DNA from: Felis catus
Lineage: Eukaryota
NCBI RefSeq assembly: GCF_018350175.1
Contig: NC_058368.1
Span: 33,978,001 to 34,042,000, forward strand
Direction: 5' to 3'
DNA length: 64,000 nt
Shown: in pieces, positions 14,153-25,784 of the stretch
How positions within the stretch are numbered: position 1 is the stretch's first letter
Layout of the letters: the number at the start of each line of letters is the position of its first letter
Translations under genes and position numbers: made by a program
Notes under the pieces: model-generated
What the model was told of the DNA's origin: nothing
Seen by the model: the letters and a program-made list of their open reading frames with translations, nothing else
Databases searched by the model: none

Positions 14153-14353
14153 TGAAAATTTAAATTTGTATATATTTTTTGTTGTTTTGGAAGGGGTTAG
14201 TAACTTATCTTTGAAACCCATACAAAAGACCAGGACCACAAAATTCCCCCAAAGTAATTATTTAAAATAAATAATTATTTACTAATTATTGTAAAATAAA
14301 TTGATTGGTCGGCTGTTTGCATGAATTGTTGCTTATAAAGTTAAAAATTCTCA

Positions 14354-14620
14354 GGGTACCTGGGTGGCTCAGTTGATTACATCAGACTTTGGCTCAGGTC
14401 ATGATCTCACAGTTTGTGAATTAGAGCCCTGCATTGGGCTCTGTGCTGACAGTTCAGGGCCTGGAGCCTATTTTGGATTCTGTGTCTGCCTCTCTCTCTC
14501 TGCCCCTCCCCTGCTTGTGTTCTGCCTCTCTTTTTGCCCCTCCACTGCTTGTGCGCGTTCTCTCTCTCTCTCTCTCAAAAGTAAATAAATAATTTTGAAA
14601 AAAAGAAAAACAACTTCCTT
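14354..14620 (+). mobile_element. CAN-SINE (SINEC_Fc-like) with internal duplication of the tgcccctcc…tgcttgtg segment
   Basis: Head, body and tail present. Flanks share agttaaaaattct. Confidence 0.9.
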
Positions 14621-14660
14621 TTATAAAGAGTTAAAAATTCTTTATTAATGTGCTAGAGGA

Positions 14661-14875
14661 GGGGCACCTGGGTGGCTCAGTCAGTTGAGCGTCCGACTTC
14701 GGCTCAGGGCATGATCTCACAGTTCATGAGTTTGAGCCCCGCGTTGGGCTCTGTGCTGACAGCACAGAGCCTGGAGCCTGCTTCGGATTCTGTGTCTCCC
14801 TCTCTCTCTCTGCCCCTAACCCACTCGCATCCTGTCTCTGTCTCTCTCAAAAATAAACATTAAAAAAATTTTAAA
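14661..14875 (+). mobile_element. CAN-SINE (SINEC_Fc-like, young)
   Basis: Near-consensus body with retained CpGs (gcgtccgacttcggctcag, gccccgcgttggg). Confidence 0.95.
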
Positions 14876-17800
14876 TTTTAGAGGAAGGAAAAAGTAAGAA
14901 AGGTATTTCATCCTTAATTTCACCTTGAATTCCTTCTATTTTTTTTTTTTTTTTACTATTAGGAACTGGAATGCACCTATACAGGTGATGAGTTGAAAGG
15001 CAGATGCAAAATCAGACAGGAACCTGATCTTGCTGATATTTTTTTTTCTTTCATTTGCAAAATTTAACCGATTATTTGAATAATAATAGACTTTATCTTC
15101 TGATCAACAATGGTATTTGGAGGAGGAAGACTGGTGAACTGTGTGTACCAAAATCATTGTATCTTTAATGTTTTAAATTTTAGTGTATTTTGGAAAAAAA
15201 ACAAACTGATGATATGTGACAGACAGACAGTTTGGTTTTTAAATTAGTTACTTAGATTAGTTATTTATATCTTTTAAATTAGTTATTTTTGGGGAATTTT
15301 CTGTAATGATTGGCTGAATGTAATACTTTGAATTTCTTTTGCACTTTAAAAGGTAAGTGTTCAGAAGTGCCTATTTTGACAATTTATATGACTGTCATGA
15401 TGGTAAGTAATCATACAGTTAAGCCTACTGCTTGCATTAGACTGTTTGATAATACACGGCCATTATTACCTTTTTATGTTATTGGCCAAAGGAAGAAAAT
15501 CTAGTTATTGGAGTTATATGCAATGCTCAGCATATTCAAATAATTTAATGTGCAAGCATGGAAAGGTAAAAGTGCATATTCTTTCAGTGAGTTGTCTTAT
15601 TAGTACGGGGTATGGCAGTACTATTTTTGCTTGGTGTGTAACGTAATTTTTAAAAGCATTTCAAGTCAAGTTACATTCATTTCTCATTAACTTAGTTCTG
15701 AAAATGTTGGGATGGATCCTGATTTTTCTCTATTTGCCAGAGAGGTAGCACAGATACTGACTGGTCCTGGTGGTTCCCGGCAAGTACGTTGTTCTGCAGT
15801 GAATTGGGTATATGAAGGGTAACTTTATGAAAGTTAGTTAGCTGTCATTTCTCTTAAATGTCATTTCTCTGTTAAAAAAATGTAGACAGTAACATTACTA
15901 TGTGTCCTAGGGCAATTGAGGAGAATGAGTAATAAATATCAATAATACTGTTGTGTGGATACTAAAATGGAACAGCATACTCCAAGCCTCCTAATATAGA
16001 AAGTACACAATGACTCTGTTTCCATAAATTTAGATTCAGTGCAGTATAGTTTCAAAACATGTCCATATTAGCTAAATAAATTAGACTGAAAACTGGCTTG
16101 AATCTAAATAAATTAATTTATCAAATTTTTCTTTCACTTATTAGCAAGTTTTTAACATTAATGAAATAAGAGTTTAAGAACTGTATCTTGCATTCACAGT
16201 GACAATAAATAAAATGGTGAGTCACCGATTTGTCTCCCTCCCTTTTCTCTCTTTCTCTTCATATGTCAGAGTTCTAGAAGTTTAGACTTCTAATGAATTT
16301 TCACTGGCTACATTTACCTTTGGGTTCTTAGTTTGGAGGCCTGATTGCAGAGAATCCAGTTGTAGGTATTCCCTCTGGTGGGATAAATCTTCCATATTCT
16401 TGATAGAGAACAAGAGCACTATAGGAGGAAAGCAGAGAAGAATCTTCTAAGACAATATATCTGGCTGAGAGATAGCCAAAACCAACCAACCAACCAAACA
16501 AGCAAACAAACAACCAAACAGAAAAGAATAGAACTCCCAACTCTCCCCCACCCCTACCACCACTGGAAGAAAACAAAAAGACTGGGTATAAGCTAGGGTT
16601 GAGATAGAGACTGACCTTACTAAAGAGAATGGACTAATTGCAGGTATTAAAGTCAGCCACTCAAAGTTTGAATTTTTTTCCCTAAGACATCAACTTATGG
16701 CATAACTCTATGCCATTGCCAGAGAGAAAGCACATCTAGCATTCAGGGGCACCTTGGTGGCCTATGGACTCCAAACTTCAGCAAAAATAAAAAAGAGAAT
16801 GCGCAGCATTCTCTACTTTGTGTGCTTTTCTAGATAACAAACAGCACTCCTCTTACCTTTTGATTATTTCAACATTCTTCTTTCTTCTCAAAGCTGATTT
16901 TCTTTAAGATTCATAAATTAAATGATTAAACTCCAGCATACAAGTTATTATTAAAATTATCAGTGTTGTTTATGAAAGAGTTAACATTTGCAAAAGGTTT
17001 TAATATACAGACTCATTACTTTCAGAACAAAATCATCTAAGTCATCCTAATTGAGCTGTAGACTTAAAATGCTTGCTTACAGGATGTGGCTGTTCTTGCT
17101 CTCTCATTTCTAATTTAAAGTAATGCTAGCTTTTGCTAAATGTGGTAAGAATTTCTCATGTTTTTATTATGCCTTTAGTAGCAAAACACAAATGTCGACC
17201 ACACTATACTTGTATAAAATGTATTATTTTGAAAATCATTGATAAATACAGTTATTGCCATACCTCATGCACTTTGAAAATTCCAGAGCCATAGGTGCTG
17301 TCAGATAACTTTATAAGTGGTGGCTTAAAGTGCTGTTGCCTACTTCAGCAATGTAGAAAGAACCACACCATATATTCTGTTGAAGGCAAAGCTATCAGAA
17401 GCGATGTCGGTATGAAAAGGCTTAAAGTGAATTATTCACCTCTTAACACTCCCTTGTGTTCAGTCTGCTACAAAGAGAATGCTTACTATCAATGTGAAAA
17501 GCAGTGCCTTTGAATTAAGGGAAAAGTTCAACTTGTTTGGCTTTGTTTTCACCCCAATGGCATCAATATGTGCAGTCAACCTTATGTCCGTAATTCAAAA
17601 GAATTTTCAAAATTCCACTCCCCTGTGCCCCTGGATGAGGAAAACACTGATCATCTTAGTATAGCTGAAGCTGTAATGATATGATTTAACACCATAACTA
17701 CACATCCAACCCCAAATTCGTGTGTGAGAAGCCAGTTTTCTCATAATAATGACTTTAAAGAGTCGAAGTATGTCAAAGACATACTTTCATTTCTCTTTAA

Positions 17801-17954
17801 TAATTCCTATGCTAAATCAATACCTCTAGAATGAAACCTTTCTTCATATTTGTATTGCAACCTTTGGGAGAGTCTTCTTGTATTCGACATAAATATATTA
17901 CAAGTTTATCAAGACACTGAGGCAAATACGCTTTTAGAACCTGGTACAAAATGC

Positions 17955-18378
17955 TGCGTCTTTTCCTTCTCAGTGTCTAATCTGCTGTCGGTCGTATTCA
18001 GCGTATTTTTAATTTCAAATGTTGTAGTTTTCATTTTTATAAGTTCCATTTGGGTCTTTTCTATATCATCTACTTCTCTCCTTCGGGCCCAAGATGAAAA
18101 TGATACAAGGGAGGTACTTAGGGCTCAAATTTTAAGAAGGCACTTGCTCTCAAAGCCAGGCTTTTACGTTCTTGACCATATTTTTAATATTCTAATATTT
18201 AAGATTCTTGTTGGTTAATTCCATCATCTCTTTCATGCCAGGATCTGTTTTCATCGATTGATTTTTCTCCCAGCCATGGGTTATATTTTCTTAACTTGTT
18301 GCAGACCTTATAATTCTTGATTGGGTCTCAGCTATTGTGAATTTTATATTGTTGAATGCTGGAATTTTTATATTGCCT
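17955..18378 (-). mobile_element. Old L1M/HAL1-like fragment, apparently interrupted by a short MER91-like piece (~18085-18160)
   Basis: Motifs tctaatctgctgt…tttaatttcaaatgttgtagttttcattt…ttccatttggg and taattcttgattgg…attgtgaatttt resemble old L1 5' regions. Insert tagggctcaaattttaagaaggcacttgctctc. Confidence 0.45.
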
Positions 18379-19370
18379 CAGGTCTGAGCTAAACGTATGT
18401 TTGTGGAATGAATTTACCCACTGAGCCTCTGTCTCAAAGGTCTCCTTTCTGGTAAAGAAACAGACATAGAAAGGTAAAAGGAGAGCAAGGATGCCAGCAG
18501 TTTATAAAGCACTGCCTCCTACATTTCCACACCAATGATTCTGGAAATGCGAGAGCTGTTTGTTTTGTCAAAAATTGTTCTCTCCATAGGAAATTTCCTG
18601 ACTGCCCCATGAGTCTGTAATGGGAAATATAAGAGAACACTGGCGAATTAGCACCAAGGTATTGTGGACATATTTATCACATAGTGATTGGATTAATCAC
18701 AGATTGAATTCCAGAATTTACTGAAATAGCATCTGTGATGAGAAAGACTAAACCATACAATCCACTTTCTTAATGATTGAATTATTTTTTTTTCTCTTCC
18801 TTCTGCAGGGATACCTTTGAAAATAGTTTTCTGATGTTTTCTTTCTTAGAAATTAATTAGAAATGGGATTCAAAATGATGATGTCTTTAATTTTCTTATC
18901 CATAATTGTCTCATTTCCTAGAAATCCAAATATTGTTTTAAAATTGCTCAGACTTTCCTCCAGTTATCATTATTTCATGATTATTACAGTGCTGCATGCA
19001 GGACTTTAAAAAGTGTAAAAGTTATAATGGAATTGTATTAGATAACTAAGAAATTTTCATATATTATATAAAGTATAAAACAACATCTTTTAAATAGTAT
19101 ATCCTAATTTTACCACCAAAGTTGTAAAATTATTTTGAAGGTATTTTAATACACTTTGGTATATCTTAGATGCTAATCATTTCATATTCAATGTGTTTAC
19201 ACTCTTTACAAATATATTCTGTTCACTCTCAAATGTAGAATCAATACACAAGGTATTTTCTTTAAAAAAAAAAAACAAAAACAACTCACCGTTTCTGAGG
19301 ATGGATCCCCGTTCTTCACAATCTAGCCATGTTTGTTTCCTGCATTGAAATAAAAAGCCATTCCTTTGTT

Positions 19371-19470
19371 GGGGAGTCTAGCTGGCTTATTCGGTAAAGC
19401 ATGCAACTCTTGACCTCAAGGTCATGAGTTCAAGCTCCAGGTTGGGTGTGGGACCTATTTTTACAGAAAG
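19371..19470 (+). mobile_element. Short old CAN-SINE
   Basis: tRNA-like A/B boxes (gagttcaagctc). TSD aaaagccattcctttg / aaaagccatccctttg. Confidence 0.88.
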
Positions 19471-20189
19471 AAAAGCCATCCCTTTGCAATAAATTCTGTC
19501 TGCAAACTTCGTTTGAAGTATTTATGTTATGGTTGGGTAAACAGGAACTGCACACAAGGAAAACATCTTTGAAAGAAATGAAAATTTAGCTAAATAATTC
19601 ATATTAAGGTGACTGTCTTACAGAGCTGTTGCTTGGGTTTGCTAGTGTGGCTGAATAGATCTCTATATCCTGAATCCATTCGTAGTCTGTCCAAATGAAT
19701 ACGGAATTTCTACATAGGTTTTATAAGTTGGCTTTGTATAATTTTTTAAAAGTTCAGAAACACTCCTTATTGAAGAAACTTAATAAAAGAGCTTATAGAT
19801 TTATAATTCTCTGTGAGGCAGAAGGATCTTCAGCATATATGGCAGGCAGATAGCGCCTTAGATTTAATTTTCGAATTACCTTTTTGAGCATATAGTAATG
19901 AACTTGTTTTGAATGTAGAGTTCCATGTATTTTTAATCATGTACATATAAAAGCTTCATGAAACCACCACCACAATCAGGATAGTAAACAGTTCAGGAGT
20001 TGAAAATCTTCATGCTGTATCTCCCTTAGGCAGTTTTAAAACTTGCCATCCACTGATCTGTTCTATGTCATCATAGTTTTTGGTTTTTTGAAAAGTTTTA
20101 TAAATGGAATTATACAGTGTGAAATTTTCTGAGTGGCTTCCTTCATTCACCAAAATGCTTTCAAGGTGCATCTAAGTTGTTGTGTCACT

Positions 20190-20191
<2 letters not shown>

Positions 20192-20224
<33 letters not shown>
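20192..20224. repeat. poly(T) tract (~33 nt)
   Basis: Seen directly. Confidence 0.97.
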
Positions 20225-20226
<2 letters not shown>

Positions 20227-20625
20227 TGCTAAATAGTTGTCCAATGTATGCATGTACCACAGTCTGTTTATCTATTCACCTATTGACAGATATATGGGCT
20301 GATTCCAGTTTTGACAAAGAGGGCTCCTGTAAATATTTATGTACAAATCTTTCAAATCTTTGTGTGAACATAGTTTACATTGCCTTAAAGTAAATCCCAA
20401 ATGGCTGCATCAGTCTGGATGTTTTTTTTTTTTTTTTTTTTGCTATGGATTATGCTTTTGGTATCATGTCTAAGAACTCTGCATATTGCCAAGTCACAAA
20501 GGTTTTCTGCTAGGATTTCTTTAATGTACAGATTTACATTTATATTTAGAGGTGTGGTCCATTTTGATACATACATTTGATACATACATACATTATATAT
20601 ATGTATACATCCATACATATGTATA

Positions 20626-20629
<4 letters not shown>

Positions 20630-20662
<33 letters not shown>
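20630..20662. repeat. (CA)n microsatellite
   Basis: Seen directly. Confidence 0.97.
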
Positions 20663-20668
<6 letters not shown>

Positions 20669-23104
20669 GAGGGAGAGAGGTGTAGTTTAAGGTTCATTTC
20701 TATTGAATTATCTATCGAATTGCCTTTTGAAACTGTGTCAAAAATCAATTGGCCGTATTTCTGTGGGCTACTTATGGACAGTCTTCTCTGTTCTATTGAT
20801 CTATGTGTCTTTTTTGTCTACAGTACTACACTGTCTTGATTAGTGCAGCTTCATAATAACTCTTAAAATAGATAGTGTGATTCCCTCAACTTTATTCTTC
20901 TTTTTCAAAATTTTTTTGGCTATTATAGTCACTTTGCTTTCCATTATGAATTTTAGAATCCTTGTCTGTATTTACAGTGAATCATGCTGTAAATCTGAAT
21001 GTTGTTATATTACATGTATAGATTATTTGAGGAACATTGACAGCTTTACCTTGCTGAGTCTTCCACTCCATAAATGCAATATATTTCTTCATTTATTTAG
21101 ATCTTCTTTGATTTATTTCATCAACTTTTGTAATTTTCAGGGCACAGATTCTGTACTTGTTATTGAAAATATTTTTTTTCTAAGCATTTGATTGGTAGGC
21201 AACTATGATAAATGGATTGCTTTTGAAAGTTTGGTTTTCAATAGTTCATTGCTAGAATATTGAAATATAATTGATTTTTGTGTGATGACCTTGAATACGG
21301 CAACCTTATTTATTGGTTCTAAAAGTTTTGTTTCCAATTTGTTTTTTTTAATTCCTTTTTATTTCCTGCCTAAACAGTAATATTATCTGCGAGTATAGTA
21401 ACTGAGAAATTTCCCCTTCCTTTTTAATTTATCTTTTATTTATTTTTCTTGCCTTGTTGAACTTAATGGGTCTTTTAGCACAATGGTGAATAAAAGTGGT
21501 GAAAGCAAGAGTGAAAACTTTCAGTCTTTCACTGGTAAATATAATATTAGTTATACCTGTTTTTTGTTTGTTTGTTTGTTTGTTTGTTTTTTGGTAGATG
21601 CTCTTTATACAGTTGAAGAAGTTTCCCTCTCTGCCTTTGCTGAGAATTTTTATCATTCATAGATGTTGACTTATGTCAAATGCTTGATACATTTTAAGAA
21701 TTGCTATTTTTACTATTTACTAGTAAAAAATAATCTATTTGACTCCTTTTACTATCCACTTTCAATTCAACTTCTTTAGGCATATGTAAGTGGTCATATC
21801 AAATTAATCTACTTCAACAAATAAAGAAGTTACCCAGTTTGAGCCAACATGGTTTAGTTTCAGTAGGTGCCTTCTTTTGGTCTTTTTCATAGATGCTTTT
21901 TTAAATCATGATTTGTTTTCTAGAGTTATAACAGAAGAAACAAATTGTAGAGTATGTAAATATATCTTCGGATGTACCTGACAAATAGCTTATTATTGAG
22001 TACTCCTGATAAAAATTCTGATTTTGAATGTCATTTATAAATTGACTACAATTTGCTGAGTATTCCTGGAGAAATGCATAAAGGCAAGTAATCAAAGAAA
22101 CCCTTCATATCATGCAGACTTATCCACTTTGTATGTTAGTTTAATTGATTACTTGCTTATTTGTGTTTTCAGTACAAAGGAAAGTAATGAATACTAAGTT
22201 TTCATGTTCATCAAACAAAAAAACAAGGAATGAACAAAAAAATGAAACTAGGAGAATGGACTCAGTTTTATAAGATAGTTCAGATCTATTTTCTTACGAG
22301 CAAATAATCAGTAAAAAATGGCCAAACTTCTGTCTTTTATTCCAGACTGAACTAGATTAAAAAGATGATCACATTCTAAAGTTTTTAAAGTGTCTATCTT
22401 GGAAGTTTTCTGTAACTACCCACCAATTCCAAGTACTTTTACAAATAATAAACAAATTATATGTTTAAAAGTAATAGTTAAAAGTCACTGTGTTCCAGTT
22501 GAATTTGAAGGGAAAACATTAGTGTATATGATTAGTTTGTATGGAAGAGGATAAAATTTTCAAAGATATAAATATTCATGTTTAATAACTCTGATGAGTC
22601 CTAAAAAACTACAAGTGTCTGACCTCAAGTTTTACCTTCTTCTTAGACTTAAAAGTTAAGATTTATAGATATGCAAGGTAAAACGAATTTTTTAGAGTAC
22701 ATTATCGGGAAATATCTTAAAACCCTTCCATTTCTAAATTAAATGATGCTGTGGTACATATGGCTTTTGTTTTGGGTCTATTTTCATTTTCCTATGCAAA
22801 TACAGTTATTTTATATTCAGATTATTTTAAATGAGTTTTCTGACACCCTTGGAGCCTGGATAATGAAAATGTTATTTTCTATATTAAAACCAGTGTGGTT
22901 TTTATAGTGAGTTAGTTATATGTTTGTTAAAGGCCAAATGGCTATTTCATTATGGTTATCATAAACACACACACAATCTTTCAGGCTTCTACGTATTTAA
23001 TGGATAAATGCAGGCACTATTAGTAAACTTCTGATACTCTGCTACTGATTAAGCTGCAGATTTTTAACAATTCTATTTTGTGAAATTCTATAACGATAAA
23101 CCAA

Positions 23105-23117
23105 TCTTTCTTTCTCT

Positions 23118-23153
<36 letters not shown>

Positions 23154-23340
23154 TTTCTTTCTTTTTTACATTCCTTTTTACCTCTCTCCACATCATTCCT
23201 CCTCCAGCGTATACGTATCTTTTTGTTTCTCTCTTTCTCCTCTCTACTTTTCTCTTGCCTTTCTCTGTAATTATATTTTTCTCCTCTTTCTTCCCCTTCT
23301 AAAATCCCTTCTCTTATGACTTCCTCTCGTTTTTCGATTT
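23105..23340. repeat. (TTTC)n and pyrimidine-rich low complexity
   Basis: Seen directly. Confidence 0.9.
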
Positions 23341-25419
23341 TCATCAAAATAACATTTGGTAGCAACACCATTGCTCAGTGGTCATCAAACACTCTGATGC
23401 ATCCATGCAAACAGACATCGTACAAACATACATATGCACATGTGCACGTGCACACACACATAATTTAAAAATAGCTCTTCATTCGGTGGGAAAACATATT
23501 CTATTTCTTAGTTCAAGTCTTTTAATTTATTAGAGCTGTTTAGAACTTTAACAATAGGCAAACATTTTTAGATACTCTCCCTAGTAGAACAGTGGAAGGA
23601 AAGTTTCCTTATCTGTTTCCCTGTGTTTAACTGAATAGGGATCCTATCCTGTGATGCTTCACCTAACTAAAGCCATTACAATCACAAAGTTACTTATAAT
23701 AGCACTTATGTTTTCTAACTAGAGTTTCTACTTTGATTTATATTTTACTCTCTCTGTAATACTCAGGATTCTGTTTTTCTGAAGTGTTCTAAGATACTCA
23801 TGGCCTAGTCTGTAACCGACAACAATAATAGGTTGCATACATGTTTTTGGCTAATTCAAAAGAGGAACTTGATTTTATTAAGCTAAAATGTGGAGTTTCT
23901 AAATAATTATAGTTTTAAAATTTAGCAAAATTCTGTTGCAAACATTTTTGCCCCAGTGTTGTTTTCCGCTATTATTTTTACTAGAAGATTATCACCCTTA
24001 AAAACTGATAGTTTGCCATTATGGAAACAAAAATTAATGTGCTTCACAGAACCTAAACACTAATAAAACATGTTAATGAAAAATGTCTGCTACCAAATGC
24101 TAGTTAAAGCAGATTAGAAGTGAGAAATGCATTGACCTTGTTTACCTTCATCTTTGCATTTTGATAAAGGTCATTTGAGCACCGACAAAAGATTATAGAT
24201 TCAGAAATTTATGAGGCTATTTCCTGTCCCCAAGCTTTTAACAGACAGTGAAACTTGGTATTTTAAGCTATTACTCTTAACATGTCCTTTTCCCCCCAAT
24301 AATAAATAGTTCCCAAAAGCCACATAATTAAAATTATTTCATGGGAAGAAAAAAGAGTACTGTTAGTTTAATTTAGCTTTATTTATACGGAAACACATAT
24401 TGCACTATGTTAAGCCTTACCTTGGGCCCTCTTCTTCATGAATCGCATGCTCCTGTGTCACTGATACTTACATGCTGGATGATCTTGTATGAATCCATAG
24501 CTGCTTCAGAGCACAATGGTGTGATATGAAGTGATGCTGAAAACAGGAGAACCTTTGTCACTGAGTCAGCTGCAAGAAGAAGTGATGTGTATGAATGTAC
24601 AGTATAGGGAGATCTATGAAAGATCTAGTCTCTTTCTCCCAAAAGACTCTGTTCCATGATACAAGGAGAATTCAGTTCTTTTTGGCAGACCTCCACATCA
24701 GTTTGGAAGCAGTAAAAACAACCACAAAAACAAGCCTGGTTTCTCAACGTCTTTACTCTCAATATTTTAAGTGACATTTTATTTCTTATTTTTATTTCAC
24801 TTTGTTTTCGATAACCAGCGGTAATACCCCTTTCCACTGTATCGTTTGAGTTCAATGCCATAATAGGAATGTAGATGAGAATGAATTATAGAGAGGAGTT
24901 CAACCATATGTTCCATGCTTGTAATTGTTATTGGCAAAATTTGAAGGAAAGGCCCTGCATCTCTTAATTGAGGAGTGGATGCCTTTAAGTGATGCTACAT
25001 GGAGGGCATAGAATCCCAGCAGATGATGCAATTATGTTTAAAAATGAGTATTATTAAATAATTCACACTTTTAATATGGAGAAATTAGGTCATTTTTTCA
25101 CTCCTCCCACAAATGTTCAATCTTAATATCTAGGTAATGAAACAACGCAGACAGTGTTATCCATCCTGGTAGGAACAGAGAATGCCAGTTATGACAGGCT
25201 CATTGTTTACTTTAACAGGTAATTTGTGGACCGGAATCATTTAATTGTTCTGAGTACATAATTACATGTCAGCAATTTCCAATTTAATTAAAATTTACAA
25301 ATCTGAAGATTAAGGGAATTTTTGAATTATTAATCATTTTTCCACTAGGAAATCTTGTTGCTCTGCAGGAGATTTGTCCAGTGTACAACTATACGTATTT
25401 TTTTCCTTCTCTTTCGCAG

Positions 25420-25478
25420 ACAGACAATTTTCCCGCAGAGCCCAATTACATGGGCAGCAGGCAGCAGTTTGTTCAAAG
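25420..25478 (+). CDS. PCDH17: Protocadherin-17 coding exon 2 (59 nt; TDNFPAEPNYMGSRQQFVQ + split Ser codon)
   Basis: Acceptor ttttccttctctttcgcag|ACA and donor AAG|gtaagg. The peptide matches the PCDH17 cytoplasmic tail as I recall it (…MSIIQ|TDNFPAEPNYMGSRQQFVQS…). Phase 0 in, phase 2 out, which fits the next exon. Confidence 0.95.
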
Positions 25479-25611
25479 GTAAGGCCTATTAAATAACTTT
25501 CTCGGCTTCCCCATTTGCATTCGTGTCAAAATTGCTTTGCAAGAGACTACACTTCAGATTCAAACTCGTAGAGACAACACTTTCTCTTCTTTTTCTTTAT
25601 ATGTATTTCAG
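25479..25611 (+). other. PCDH17: PCDH17 intron 2 (133 nt, GT-AG)
   Basis: gtaagg…tttctcttctttttctttatatgtatttcag between the two in-frame exons. Confidence 0.93.
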
Positions 25612-25784
25612 TAGCTCCACGTTTAAGGACCCAGAAAGAGCCAGCCTGAGAGACAGTGGGCACGGGGACAGTGATCAGGCTGACAGTGACCAAGACACTA
25701 ACAAAGGCTCCTGCTGTGACATGTCTGTTAGGGAGGCACTCAAGATGAAAACTACTTCAACTAAAAGCCAACCACTTGAACAAG
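25612..25784 (+). CDS. PCDH17: Protocadherin-17 coding exon 3 (173 nt; SSTFKDPERASLRDSGHGDSDQADSDQDTNKGSCCDMSVREALKMKTTSTKSQPLEQ), with the delta-protocadherin CM1 motif
   Basis: Pyrimidine tract + ttcag acceptor and donor CAAG|gtgagt. Lies in ORF 25523..25792. DSGHGDSDQADSD is the CM1 motif, and the frame continues from exon 2. Confidence 0.96.

Larger units (their letters stand above)
19870..21686 (-). mobile_element. Degraded ancient L1 (L1M-type), 3' UTR plus ORF2 remnants, internally deleted
   Basis: ORF 21429..21656 (MIKILSKGREGNFFNCIKSIYQK…NIIFTSERLKVF) resembles the L1 ORF2 RT segment [39 protein letters not shown]. Typical antisense L1 motifs present (ctgttctattgatctatgtgtct, catttatttagatcttctttgatt). 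Confidence 0.85.
1..25419 (+). other. PCDH17: PCDH17 intron 1 (3' portion; the large cadherin-repeat exon 1 is upstream of the window)
   Basis: No cadherin-domain ORF in the window. Inferred from the known delta-2 protocadherin gene structure. Confidence 0.85.

Noticed and set aside
16746..16762. ggggcaccttggtggcc resembling a SINE head
   Set aside because: Only ~16 nt of similarity, with no body or tail.
19371..19470. tRNA gene-like sequences (also 6948, 46895, 58626)
   Set aside because: They have SINE heads, A-tails and, in some cases, clear TSDs; these are tRNA-derived SINEs, not functional tRNA genes.
25523..25611. N-terminal part of ORF 25523..25792
   Set aside because: It is intron 2 sequence (pyrimidine tract read as LSLLFLY) with a GTG start. 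Only the exon 3 part is coding. Intron 2 retention would stop at once (AGG TAA).
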